The notes beneath the pieces are model-generated. The model ran no database searches. It was given only the letters and a program-made list of their open reading frames with translations, and was not told where the DNA came from. This document shows positions 27,237 to 39,980 of a DNA stretch of 64,000 nucleotides, one piece after another. The translations under genes were made by a program, and so were the position numbers. The stretch comes from Macrostomum hystrix (Eukaryota; Animalia; Platyhelminthes). Within the stretch, counting starts at the first letter, position 1, and every line of letters begins with the position of its first letter. The stretch is taken from NCBI GenBank assembly GCA_950097015.1, contig CATNEN010000012.1, positions 310,001 to 374,000 on the forward strand, written 5' to 3'.

Positions 27237-28237
27237 AGATCTTATAGTGAAAAAAAATCCTCACTTCGAGTAGCTTGGCTCCCAAATCCTTAAAACATTC
27301 ATTTTTGTTTAAAAGTACAAGTATATAGTTTATAACTGACATGAATTCGTCAGCAGTGGATCGCATTTCTATTATCAGATTGTTCAATTTTACCCATTAT
27401 TCAATGCAGGCTAGCGAGGCTTACTCGCTTTTAAGCCTGCAGTCGTGTTTACTTTGCAAGCATGCAAGCATTGCATAAATGATTTAAAAAGTGCAAAATA
27501 TGCTTTCGAGGATAATCGGCTTAACTAGAAGAATGCTTTGAGCTTTTTATAGCTAGTCGAAGTACGTTTAGCATTCATATATGCTCATATACATGTACTT
27601 CAGAACATGTACTTTTATTTGCTTGGCATTTTTGCTGACAATCACGTGACAAAGGTTTTAAGAGGTGATACAATTTTGTAATCTATGCACTACTCCCAAC
27701 GCGGTGACGTACGCAAATTGACGGGAGCGTTAATGAGAAGAGGCTGCAATACAAGGGCTAAATTGGATAAAGCATGATCATATCTGTTTTTGTGTGTGGT
27801 TGCAGCACAGTTAAGTGTGGAAGTGTGGAATAAAATATTCCTTCTGTCATTGAGCTGCATTTGGAGTGTTGAATAATTAATTAATTGTTTCTCAGGAAAA
27901 TAATGAATTTCCTGAGATGATGAATTGCCAGCTGAATGTCTCTGCCTGCAGGCCTGATGGATGCCTGAGCAGCAACGCTAAAAACTGATCCTTACTCCCC
28001 TCCACCAACCCGCTAAGCGCGTTGCTTTCAGGCAAGGCTACAGCAGCCACCTGTCACATGTTGAATTGTACAGGCATTTTTACAAAACCTGCTCTGCCAC
28101 TAACCAGCCAATCAGCGAATGCCAGCCAAGCAGCCACCCCCTGCTACAATGGTACTCTGCGATGGCGGCGTCAGCCGCTTATTATAAAGCATGCTTTAAA
28201 ACAGACTACTACAGGTGGAAGCAGTGGCAGACCCGAA

Positions 28238-31200
28238 ATGACTTCGCCAGTTGTGTCGAACCTATTCAACAGGTCCGTTGGCAGCTCCGCCAACGTCAAG
28301 CCGGACGACCGAGGCTCTGATGGTAGGCAGATTCTCGATGTCTAATCTAGCCGATTATAAGTGAGAATTATAATCCTTTTTATGGTTAGAATTCTCAATT
28401 CGACTGTACAGGATGAACTGGAAGTGGCTAAATTACGGTAGCCCTTTCCTAATCCACAGAGCCATCAGCTACCGCTTTCAACTGGCGTGTCCAGCTGTTC
28501 GTGAGCATTTCAGTTCTAGCCTATCTGCTTCTTGGCGGATTGATGTTTCATTTTTTGGAGCTGCCAAACGAGGTGTCAAGTCAAGATGGGATCAGAGCGG
28601 CTTTCCGACAGTTTTTAGGCATTTCTGTGTTTCTACTGTTTTTAGAAAAGCTAAATCCTAAACAAGATACAAGCTCCTTACGTTCTTATTTCTGAAATTA
28701 TGGGATAGGAAGAACTTTTGTGCACTCCCTTAGTTAAATAGTAGGAGCTACCTTCCATATTCTTACCGTCTTGCTTCGTAATTCCTCTTGTACAACCACC
28801 GCCTCTATAACGCACATTTTCGGAGGCTGATTGGCTGGAAAAAAGCGTCGAATCAGCCTTGCGTCTTTTCTCTCCCTCCCTGTGCAGCCACCTCACTACA
28901 CCGTCTGTTATCGGAAGCTGATTGGCTGGCACGAATTTTGTTGCAGCCTTGTGTTTCTTCTCTCCCTCCGTAACCCTGTGCAGCCACCTCACTACACCGT
29001 TTGTTATCGGAAGCTGATTGGCTGGCACGAATTTTGTTGCAGCCTTGTGTTTCTTCTCTCCCTCCGTAACCCTGTGCAGCCACCTCACTACACCGTTTGT
29101 TATCGGAAGCTGATTGGCTGGCACGAATTTTGTTGCAGCCTTGTGTTTCTTCTCTCCCTCCGTAACCCTGTGCAGCCACCTCACTACACCGTTTGTTATT
29201 CGGAGCTGATTGGCAGAGCAAAAGTTTTGAAGCAGCCTTGTGTCTCTACTCTCCCTCCCTTGCATTCAATGCATTCTTAACTCAACTTTCAGACCAGAAT
29301 CCAAATGTAGACTCCAAGAATCTGAGCGCATTGCTAGCCCAGATGGGCAAAGCGTTCAGCTCGGGCTTCACTCTGGGTGAGAATGACACACTGATAGCTC
29401 CACCGTCCAAGTGGGACTACGCCGGCTCCGTGTTCTTCTGCTTAACCGTGGTCACGACCATTGGCTACGGCAACCTGGCCCCCGCCACGCCAGTGGGCCA
29501 GTCAATCTGCTGCCTGTACGCCCTGATTGGCATTCCGATGCTGGCCGTGTTTCTCAGCGGCATCGCCGATCGAGTGAAGGCGGCTCAGGTGCGCTGCCAC
29601 ACGCTGGCCTGTTGGCGCGGTCGGGGCCGACTTCCGATCGCTGCCACATCGATTTTGTACAGCCTGGGAGGCCTTGTGTTGTTCTTTATTGTGCCGGCAG
29701 CAATTTTCACAACTACCGAAGGTTGGAGCTTTGGTCTGGGCATGTATTATAGCATGATTACGCTGGCCACTATTGGCTTTGGTGACTATGTGGCTGGTAA
29801 GTCTATCTGGGGTTCGTGGGATCTGGGATCTGGGATCCGTGGGATCTGGGATCCGTGGGATCTGGGATCCGTGGGATCTGGGATCCGTGGGATCTGGGAT
29901 CCGTGGGATCTGGGATCCGTGGGATCTGGATCCGGGATCTGGGATCCGTGGGATCTGGGATCCGTGGGATCTGGGATCCGTGGGATCTGGGATCCGTGGA
30001 TCTGGGAAAAGAAGCATTGTCTTTCTAAAAAAGCGTGCCTTTTTCTATAGCTGTTTTGGCTACTGCAAACTCAATATCCCACTCGTAACGTTTACAATGC
30101 TACATCCTAAATTGTTGATTTCCAGCCTGTCACCTGTTTGTCATGCAACTCCCCTTCAGCCTCTGCTTCGCGAACTCTGACTTTGACTATGAATCTAGCT
30201 TAAGGATTTAAGGTCCTAGTACAGTATCTTTTCGCTGGTGCTGCATGGCCATTATTTACACAGTGGGTTCCACACATGAGACCGACTGACTGACTAAGTG
30301 TATTTAGCTAGCTAATAGACACTATTGAATGAGTTAACAAATGACAGAAGGGTACACATATCGCGCATTGTTAGCCGTAGCTCGTATTAGCTACCTTTTG
30401 TGAGTCAGCGGGTTTTGAGTCTTAGCAACGAAGTAACAGTCAGTAAGCCAAGAATATACCAAGAATATTGATAATCTTATAAAGCTTTATCGGGTCGCCT
30501 CAAAAGCAGTGAAACAAATTCACGTCGTCTAAAGTCTTGTTGATCACTCTCCCATGATCAAAACGTCATGAGCTAGACCTTTCGCCAGCTCGACCCTTCA
30601 CCAGCTCGACCCTTCACCAGCTCGACCCTTCACCAGCTCGACCCTTCACCAGCTTGACCCTTCACCAGCTCGACCCTTCAACAGCTCGACCCTTCACCAG
30701 CTCGACCCTTCAACAGCTCGACCCTTCAACAGCTCGACCCTTCACCAGCTCGACCCTTCACCAGCTCGACCCTTCAACAGCTCGACCATTCACCAGCTAG
30801 ACACATCGGAAGCTTGAAACGGAACAAAATCTATAGGGCTTTTCTTGTTTTCAACCATGCAGAAGGAACTGCAAGCCAATCACAAAGCGACTAAAGCCAT
30901 TCCGTTCATGCAGGCCAGACTTACAAATCGGACGTGTACAGGTTCAGCCTGGTGTGCTGGATCTTCCTGGGCATGGTGTATGTATCTGGCCTGATCCACG
31001 CGGTGCAGGTCACCATGGAGAAGGGCACCCAGGCGGTTCACGCCAAGAGCCTTAAGGCGCACGGGCACAATGGTCAAGGTCAAGAGGTGGATGAAGGAAC
31101 CGACATTTTCGCCACGAGCCATGAGATAAGCAAACAGGAAATTGTGGACAATGGCTCTGGCGGTGTCTGCGAATTTTGTGAGCCCGGAGCTTCGAAATGC

Positions 31201-31275
31201 GGTGAGCAGCAGTTGCAGGCAGGAGCTACAGGTGATAAAGCTGCAGTTCTTGAGAAGATTGAAGGCTCGACTTAA
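28238..31275 (+). CDS. Two-pore-domain potassium channel (KCNK family, TREK/TALK-like). Exons 28238-28322, 28460-about 28618, 29293-29796, 30914-31275
   Basis: M1 (SVLAYLLLGGLMFHFLELP), cap, P1 WDYAGSVFFCLTVVTTIGYGNLAP, P2 YYSMITLATIGFGDYVAG, M4 YRFSLVCWIFLG. Introns are phase 1; the donor of intron 2 is uncertain (GC at 28619). Confidence 0.9.
28800..29250. repeat. 96-bp tandem repeat, about 4.5 copies, in K2P intron 2
   Basis: CAGCCACCTCACTACACCG recurs every 96 bp (28981, 29077, 29173). Confidence 0.93.
29808..30006. repeat. Compound GGGATCT / GGGATCCGT short repeat in K2P intron 3
   Basis: Direct observation. Confidence 0.93.
30585..30800. repeat. 16-bp minisatellite (CCAGCTCGACCCTTCA) in K2P intron 3
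   Basis: Direct repeats. Confidence 0.94.
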
Positions 31276-31639
31276 ATGGAGAACTGCCCTAAAGTTGCCG
31301 ACGGCAGAAAATTTGCGAATGCATGCCAAATCTTTGCATAGCAACAGTCAGAGAGAATCAACTAAAGGCTGCAGCATCTGATTCTTGCTTTGAATAATTA
31401 TCTAATGAGTCAATTTTTATTATCTGATAGCCTGTTAAATGTTTGAGTGACAGATTATATTGTTACGCGACCAAAATTGTTGGATATTGATATGATATTG
31501 ATATGAAGACATGTTACAATTAACACAATAAAACTAGCTAACTATTCTCAGAGTTTCACGTACACGAGAATCTGACTTATGATTCTCATTGTTTGGATTC
31601 TTGTATCCACGGGTTATCTAGACTTTGTGGTTACTTTCA

Positions 31640-31830
31640 GACTCACGAATTGAAGGTCGGTAGTTCGAATTCTAATTACACTGGAACAATTTGTGTCTAT
31701 TATTAAGACACAGACTTTACTCTGCATTGCTTCAGCTCACCTAGCTGTTAGGATTAGCTAACACCATGGGCACCTGCATTAGCTTGTGCATAAATTGAGG
31801 GTACCCACATTCCATGAACTGAACAGCAGT
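31640..31830 (+). mobile_element. SINE family 2, degenerate copy
   Basis: GAAGGTCGGTAGTTCGAAT B-box region followed by CACTGGAACAATTTGTGTC and ATGGGCACCTGCATTAGCT, as in the 44590-44815 copy. Confidence 0.55.
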
Positions 31831-32121
31831 CTTGAGCAGCCTGCAATATATGCGCCCAGCAATAACCTTTTGTTCACTTTTGGGGCACAATACTCATTAA
31901 TGACAAACACTCAGGCCAGTTGTGGCGCTTTCTATTACCAGGATTTTTTAATAGCATTTCCGAACGTTTGTATTCTATTGTAAAAGCTAAATATATAGAT
32001 CAGCCTTAACTCTAATCCCTAACACTTTCTAGCGAGAACCTAGAAGTAAGCTATAAAAGGACATTTCCAAAAAGGTAATCCGTTTTTAGTTATAACAACA
32101 AAATTGTTACTTCAGTGCTCA

Positions 32122-32203
32122 GACGAGGTGGCCGAGTGGTTATGGCGATGGACTGCTAATCCATTGGGGTTTCCCCGCGTGGGTTCGAATCCCATCCTCG
32201 TCG
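32122..32203 (+). tRNA. tRNA-Ser(GCT): tRNA-Ser, anticodon GCT
   Basis: 82 nt; acceptor stem GACGAGG/CCTCGTC, anticodon arm ATGGA-CTGCTAA-TCCAT, long variable arm, GGTTCGAATCC T-loop; T run at about 32211 as Pol III terminator. Confidence 0.96.
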
Positions 32204-34049
32204 AGCAAAATTTTTGATCGACGCATCGAACTTCTCTAGAAATTTGCTATTTTTATATAAGCAACATTTTTCAAACGTTCGTCAAAAGCTAAACTAATGG
32301 GGATTATATGATAAAACTTTTTGATCACCACTGCTAACTCGTTTGGATGTGAATACACGTTTTACACAACATATCGGTAGGCGAATTTCGATTTGTGAAT
32401 TTCTCATTTCTGGTAAGGTGAGGAAAACCTGAAGTAACAAAGAATAGCAAAATGGTAATACAACAGTAAACGTTCTGCTAAAAAGAATGCGCTTTTTCGC
32501 AAAACGAAAATATCTCTCATAAAAGATTATGGTTTAGTGAGATGGTTGTTTATAAATAAAGTAGTATCCTACGTGTAAACATAACATTTTATAGTATATT
32601 TTTTCTTTAGCTATCAGAATATATAGTAAAACATTTTATCATACTAAAAACATAAAATATATAATTTCAAGCCAAAAACTACACTAAAAGCTTTGTATTT
32701 TTGTTTTACGACTTATTAAGTTTTTCACGCATTGTCCAATTTAAAAGGGATTCGTTTAAAACCACAAAAATGTATAATTCTACGAATAGCTACATTTACA
32801 GACAACAGCGGAGTCTAAATGACAAGTCATTTCAGTGACATTATGTTTTGGTGTTAACTGTTTCTTGCATACAAATGCCATTTCGGTCACTAAATTAGTT
32901 TTAAGCAATTTATTCGTTTCTTAGCTATAATTTTTACTTTGACTGTTGCATATTGTAAATTACTGTAAGAATTAGATTGTCAAAAATCTTTAATTCCAGA
33001 GACCAAAAAAATTTCCTTAATTTAAGACTACTGAACTAATTTGTTTGGTCATAGATACAGAAAAGTACTAATGTTTCTAGTGAAACAGTTAAAAACTTTT
33101 AAGCATTATTTCTAGAATCTATAAATTTCTGAAAATTGTATTCAATTTTCATTTTAGTAGGCCTACTATACTAAGACTACTGGTAAGTTATCAAGTTTTT
33201 ATTGGCTTTTAGGCTTTAAATACATAATTATTACGATTTTGTTTGTTCTCTAATCGCCAAATATTATATTCATTGTGATGATAACTCATAACAGAAGTTC
33301 AATTTATTGCTGAAGCATTTGCATTAGCTATTTCTGTTCACTAAGAGCAAGCCATATTTTGCAAAAGTATAATACTTAACTTTACAACCTTTCATGTTTC
33401 GTTTTTTTCTTGTATTTTAAACTTATTGTACAAAATCTGATTTATATGTTGTAAACATCTTATATTACAATATAGTCACTATAAATTAGGCCTATATTTT
33501 AAATCAAACCCAAAATAGACATCAATGAAATTCACCAAATAAACTTTTTTAAGTTGGTATCATGCTAGAATTAAGTTGAGATGCATTCTTCATTTTATGA
33601 TAAATTATACCAGACAGAATAATTGCTTTAAGGCTCTATTCTAAATTGTGCCAAGTTGTTTAATTTGCAGTTTTACAACTGTAATTATTAAAAAGTTTTT
33701 TCATCATTATAACAAGCAAAAGCAGAAAAGAATAGCTGAATATAAAAAAGTATACTTTATGTAAACAGACTTTGTTTATGATATTACGTTTTCAGTTGAC
33801 AACTATATATTCATAGTGGCTTGGAAGTCTAATTTAATGTGTTGCATTAAATGCTACCATTTTTGCAACATAACATATACACAATTACACAAATCTTACA
33901 TTAAGGCACTTAAGCAGACATTTTATCTGCTAACTATGCCAGGATTGTATTGATATTTTAACTTTATGCTAGAAATTTCCTACATAAACTAAATAATCTA
34001 GTCTATTCTTTATAGAATAGCTTTATTATCAGTTAAGGTTAGACTAGAA

Positions 34050-34372
34050 CAGGGGTAGGCAAACTTATTTGATGGCAGGCCAAAGAGAGAACCTAAAAGA
34101 TAACAGCAGGCCGCATTGACTGTATAAATATGAGATAAGGGAGAGATGGGACATGAGAGAGATGAGACACGGGAGAGATAAGACAGGGAAGAGATTAGAC
34201 ACGGGAGTGATAAGACATGGGAGAGATAAGACAGGAAAGAGATTAGACACAGGAGAGATTAGATACAAGAGAGATGAAACAGGACACTGTCAATGTCAGA
34301 AAGGGCAACGGGCCGGATTTGGGAGCTTCAAGGGCCACATCTGGCCTGCAGGCTAGAGTTTGCCAACCCCTA
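34050..34372. mobile_element. hAT-Charlie-like MITE (323 bp) with 8-bp TSD
   Basis: Terminal repeats CAGGGGTAGGCAAAC / GTTTGCCAACCCCTA; GACTAGAA duplicated at 34042-34049 and 34373-34380. Confidence 0.88.
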
Positions 34373-35067
34373 GACTAGAATTACAAATAAGGCCTGTATA
34401 AAAGTATCAAGATTATATAAAAACAAAAAACTTTGAAGTGTCAAAAATACTGTACAAAAACCTGTAATCTTTTGTCTTTGTCTTTTGCCTAGAAGCTTTC
34501 AAAATAACCAACGCTTAACATTGTTTTAGAAAAAGCATCACTTCTGGCTTTGATAATAACATTTTTCAAAGCAAATTTTGGTTTCAGTTAAGGAAAATTT
34601 TCACTTTTGATTAAACACTTAAATGTCCATATTGAACATTCTAAGATTATAGCCTTAATACATTTTTGCTTTAGAAATATGTTTGTTGTGTTTTTTTTTG
34701 CTTTTTGGTTGTCATATTTTAATGCTGAGAAAACACTGTTGGTAAGTGACATTAAAAAAAAGAATACAATTTAGTTAATCAATATCACTAGATAAATAAA
34801 ACCAGTTGTGCTGGAAAAAAAATAAATAAACCATTGATAGGGTTGATACTTTACTTTTGACTTGAATGTAAATTGTGTGATTAAATGAGTATAATATGAA
34901 TCACAGGGTTCTATCCGGTATTTTTTGAGTCCTAATTTTTACTTGATTTTATTGCAGCTACCAGCTTAGCTTCCCACCACAGGCAAATAGAAATCCGCTT
35001 TTAATCTCTAAATTGAACCTAGCAGAAAAATAACACAACACATCCAGTCGTTTCGGAGTTCACCAAA

Positions 35068-38000
35068 ATGGCTTGTGAAATTGCACAATTCAGTGGAAAC
35101 ATTGCTGGCAACAGTGGCGCCTCCTCGGCTAACTTTTCTCCCCTGACCCTATTTGAATGTACCATCACTAACGCCCAGATGCTGATCGAATCCATGGCCG
35201 ATAGGGAATTGCTCACAGCCCTGCGCATAGCCAGCGGCCTGCACACGCACATTGTTGGCATTATCGAGCCTCGCTGCGAGCGGGCCTTTGCCCGCAGTGA
35301 CGCCCACTCTGCCTGCTTATTGGCCGCGGCCGCTAATACCTCGTCAACTTCGTCTTCGCCCCTGCCTGCCGCCTTGTCCACTGTCCTAACAAAGACGGCT
35401 AATGGTGGCGCTTCCACTCGACCGAAATCTGAATTCGATAGCTCGGTACTGGCCGCGGCAGCTTCAGCCACCGCCGCTCGGAGCATCTCATTGTTTGGCA
35501 GCAGCAGCGTCAAAGAGGAACAATTACTTATCGAAGACGAAGAGGACTCGATGGACGACTGCCTGATTATGGAAGAGGACTCCTCCTTGCCAGCCGCCGC
35601 CGCCACATCGGCTTCAGCTATTGCCGCGGTGCCCACCTCAAGGAAGCGACCTCGACAGGAGGCGGCCGCCGCGGTCGCTGCTCCTAGTCTGCAGGAACTG
35701 TCGTCTGGCGCGTCTCTGGGCGGCGGCAATAACGAGTGCCGCATGGCTCTGCGCAACTCCTACAAAGAATTGAAGGGCAACGGACCGCATCTGTTCAACT
35801 TCTCTTTGCCGTACGCTACACGAATGTGGTCTCTTGATTCTTTTTTTAACCCCTCATCTGATCGTTTAAGTTTGTGGGTTCGAAATCTATCCCACCAATT
35901 AGTATTTCATCTATAAAAAAGCGAAATTAATTTATTCTTTCTTCAATCTAATCCTCCTAGACGTGCCATGCATATTTTCCCTCCAATCGCTTTGTAGCTA
36001 CACGGATCCCGTTAACCAGCGCGTGGCGGAGCAGGTCATGACGCACGCCCAGAAACAATTAAAGAGTCCCGGAATGCCGCAGGACATCTGGCTGAGTGAG
36101 CCCTGACTATTTTAGTGTCTATTTTTATACTCATACACAGAAGCAAATAGTCTTTAGATAGAATTTCAGATGTTGATAGTCTGGCAAGCCTTTGTTTGTA
36201 CACTAAAATGGGCCTTTATCCTTGCATTTGGTGACCTTCAGTTGATTAATTAAATGGTGCCGTTCGAATATAGTAATTATCCTATTTTTGTCTGCATAAT
36301 CGTGGATTATTAATCCATTGATTGAGCTAGCCTATTATGAATTAATCAGCCAATTAAACTTTACTTGAATTTTTTGCTAAACAGTGAGTGTTTGCTTGCC
36401 TTTCACTTTTGTTCGCACGTTTAACAATTTAACAACGCAGCTAATTAAAAATGAAGGTAACCTATCTACGTTTTGATTGGTCACGATATGGCAAGTATTC
36501 GATTAAAAAAAGAAACAAGAATATTATTTCTATATTTTGAATACTTTTAACACAAAATAATTTTAGCATTGGCGAGCGAATATTACTCTGTGATTAAAGA
36601 CGATCTGCATAAAAATAAGCTGCGCATTCGAAGAATCCGCTACAAACAGAAGGTAGCACGGCACAGCGTTTTCTGCTTTAAACCTTCTAACCAGTTCGTG
36701 CTTGCTTATCACGACACTGTCTGACAGTCGGTAATCACCCCTTCCCACTGTCTGTCATTACCCCTTCCCACTGTCTGTCATTACCCCTTCCCACTGTCTG
36801 TCATTACCCCCTCCCACTGTCTGTCATTACCCCCTCCCACTGTCTGTCATTACCCCTCCCACTGTCTGTCATTACCCCTTCCCACTGTCTGTCATTACCC
36901 CCTCCCACTGTCTGTCATTAACCCTTCCCACTGTCTGTCATTACCCCTTCCCAATGTCTGTCATTACCCCCTCCCACTGGTTGTCATTACCCCTTCCCAC
37001 TGTCTTAATCACCCCCTCCCACTGTCTGTCATTACCCCCTCCCACTGTGTTAATCACCCCTCCCACTGTCTTAATCACCCCCTCCCACTGTCTTAATCAC
37101 CCCCTCCCACTGTCTTAATCACCCCCTCCCACTGTCTTAATCACCCCCTCCCACTGTCTGTCATTACCCCCTCCCACTGTGTTAATCACCCCTCCCACTG
37201 TCTTAATCACCCCCTCCCACTGTCTTATCACCCCCTCCCACTGTCTTATCACCCCCTCCCACTGTCTTATCACCCCCTCCCACTGTCTTATCACCCCCCC
37301 CTATCCCCCCCACTGTCTTATCACCCCCTCCCACTGTCTTATCACCCCCTCCCACTGTCTTAATCACCCCCTCCCACTGTCTTAATCACCCCCTCCCACT
37401 GTCTTATCACCCCCTCCCACTGTCTGTCATTACCCCCTCCCACAGTCGGTAATCACCCCTTCCCACTGTCTGTCATTACCCCTTCCCACAGTCGGTAATC
37501 ACCCCTTCCCACTGTCTGTATCACCCTAATCCCTAACTACAGTCAGCAACTGCATCTTTCTACTGTCTCATTACTGAAACTGTGGCTAAGACCTACACAA
37601 CCATTATCTGAGCGGAAGGTAGTTTAAATCTAGTCTAAGTCACAGTTCCCATTTGTTTATTTTATAACAGCTATTTCTATAGCTTTTTTAGTTGATTAAA
37701 TTTCTGAGTGTTCTAAACTCGATGTAAATTTTATTTTTTTCCCATCAACTCAAGCGACACCATTCGACTGTTCAATTGCCAATTGCACACTACTCATCAG
37801 AAGTTAGTAGTAGACAAAGTATAATGCATGAACATTTTTACATAAAGACAGACAAATCGACACCTGTGTAATATTTGTAGGTTCGTATTTTGAGTTTTAC
37901 TGCACCATGCAGCGAGTTGTGCAGAGCAGGCGCTGCAGCAACAAGCTCAACATGTGCCGACTGCGTAGCCGGCAGAAGGTCCGCTTATAAAAGCTTGGAA

Positions 38001-38872
38001 TCTCTTTGTCTGGGGTTTGGTCCTACTATTGTCACCGAAATGTCTGTTTTTAATATTGGCACCTGGCGTGTGTTACCGACACTGGCTTAGCTTAGTTTAT
38101 CTACGTATTATAGGCCGTATGAAAATAAAGCAAAGGCAACTCAATTTGCAACACATTTTTGCAGGTGAACTGTTTGATTTTGCGCAAGATCTGAGCTCTT
38201 TTGCGCTGAAAATGCGAGAAAAATTTGCCACTGAAAAGCGTCGGCAAAGAAATCGCCAAAGAGTATGTTGCGATGGCCCTGCACCGATTCACGTTCGCCT
38301 TGTTGGCGTTTTTCGTCAAATAAATGTTATAAGTTCTAGGAAAATTACAATTTTCAAAATATGCTACTATTGCTACTAAAAGTAGAAATAGAAAGAATCT
38401 ACAAAATTTTATGACAAATTAAAAGAAACCCATTTCCCCCCACTAATTTACGGAAACAGTTGTATCAGTTCCCTCATTCTCAAATCCTAACCTTTATGCA
38501 TGTCGCCTTTAGAAATTAGCCCGTCGTCAGAAGAGCTTCGAACTTCTCGCTAGCAGCCTGTCTACTAATATGTTCGACAAGTACCGCATCCTATTGTCTA
38601 AGGACTACACATCATCAGATGAGGACGCAGCGGCTACGGACTCAACTAGCGAAGATGCTGGCGGCCTGCGCGTTCGCACCCTAGCCTGGGAGTCTGCCGA
38701 GATGGCCGATATGAAGCGTCAGCTTGACGACGCTTTCTTAGAAACCTGCGCCAATCAGAAGCAAGCTCAACAGTTGCGTAAGACGGTGCGCGACGGGGCC
38801 TGCGTCAGTAGCCGGCCGCCGCCTTCCGACTGTCCGGATTGGGCTCTTTCGGAAGACTTCAAAACTGCGTAG
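35068..38872 (+). CDS. Paralogue A of an uncharacterised protein resembling C14orf93-type proteins. Exons 35068-35810, 35998-36095, one of three alternative exons, 38513-38872
   Basis: Shares SPLTLFExTITNAQMLxESMAxREL, ECxxxxRxxYKxLKGNGPHLFxFSxP, a 98-nt exon and KLxRRQKSFEL..YTSSDE..VRxLxWES..LD..RPPP with paralogue B; splice phases consistent. Family resemblance is from memory of the motif order, not a search. Confidence 0.85.
36567..36652 (+). CDS. Paralogue A alternative exon A1 (86 nt): (T)LASEYYSVIKDDLHKNKLRIRRIRYKQK
   Basis: TTTTAG| ... AAG|GTAGC; phase 1 to 0; open frame; ends in basic RxRxKQK. Confidence 0.7.
36725..37520. repeat. 21-23-bp C-rich minisatellite (CCCACTGTCTGTCATTACCCCTT and variants)
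   Basis: Direct repeats between exons A1 and A2. Confidence 0.95.
37881..37978 (+). CDS. Paralogue A alternative exon A2 (98 nt): (S)SYFEFYCTMQRVVQSRRCSNKLNMCRLRSRQK
   Basis: TTTGTAG| ... AAG|GTCCG; phase 1 to 0; open frame. Confidence 0.72.
38165..38262 (+). CDS. Paralogue A alternative exon A3 (98 nt): (S)ELFDFAQDLSSFALKMREKFATEKRRQRNRQR
   Basis: TTTTGCAG| ... AGA|GTATGT; phase 1 to 0; if read in phase 0 (after A1 or A2) it hits TGA. Confidence 0.75.
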
Positions 38873-38939
38873 TGAAACAGTCTGTAACACTAATAGGAAT
38901 CTATCAGCTGTCTAAGCTAGTGGCAGACCTTATACTTTA

Positions 38940-39980
38940 CTGTGTGCACAGGTGAGACAGTGTTCTATTTCACATGTGAGCACAGGTGAGACTGTTCTAT
39001 TTCATATGTGTGCACAGGTGAGACAGTGTTCTATTTCACATGTGTGCACAGGTGAGACAGTGTTCTATCCCACTGTGAGCACAGTTGAGACAGTGTTCTA
39101 TCCCACTGTGAGCACAGTTGAGACAGTGTTCTATCCCACTGTGAGCACAGTTGAGACAGTGTTCTATCCCACTGTGAGCACAGTTGAGACAGTGTTCTAT
39201 TTCACATGTGAGCACAGGTGAGACAGTGTTCTATTTCACATGTGTGCACAGGTGAGACAGTGTTCTATTTCACATGTGAGCACAGGTGAGACAGTGTTCT
39301 ATTTCACATGTGTGCACAGGTGAGACAGTGTTCTATTTCACATGTGTAGCACAGGTGAGACAGTGTTCTATTTCACATGTGATGCACAGGTGAGACAGTG
39401 TTCTATTTCACATGTGTGCACAGGTGAGACAGTGTTCTATTTCACATGTGAGCACAGGTGAGACAGTGTTCTATTTCACATGTGTGCACAGGTGAGACAG
39501 TGTTCTATTTCACATGTGTGCACAGGTGAGACAGTGTTCTATTTCACATGTGTGCACAGGTGAGACAGTGTTCTATTTCACATGTGTGCACAGGTGAGAC
39601 AGTGTTCTATTTCACATGTGTGCACAGGTGAGACAGTGTTCTATCCCACTGTGAGCACAGGTGAGACAGTGTTCTATCCCACTGTGAGCACAGTTGAGAC
39701 AGTGTTCTATTCCCACTGTGAGCACAGGTTGAGACAGTGTTCTATCCCACTGTGAGCACAGTTGAGACAGTGTTCTATCCCACTGTGAGCACAGTTGAGA
39801 CAGTGTTCTATCCCACTGTGAGCACAGTTGAGACAGTGTTCTATCCCACTGTGAGCACAGTTGAGACAGTGTTCTATCCCACTGTGAGCACAGTTGAGAC
39901 AGTGTTCTATTTCACATGTGTGCACAGGTGAGACAGTGTTCTATCCCACTGTGAGCACAGTTGAGACAGTGTTCTATCCC
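38940..39980. repeat. 33/34-bp minisatellite in two variant blocks (GGTGAGACAGTGTTCTATTTCACATGTGTGCACA / GTTGAGACAGTGTTCTATCCCACTGTGAGCACA)
   Basis: Direct repeats arranged in domains. Confidence 0.95.

Noticed and set aside
25781-27238. QPxFPDPQF repeat protein resembling a secreted or prolamin-like repeat
   Set aside because: A pure 30-bp minisatellite with a frame slip near 27000, no unique N- or C-terminal coding sequence and no splice links.
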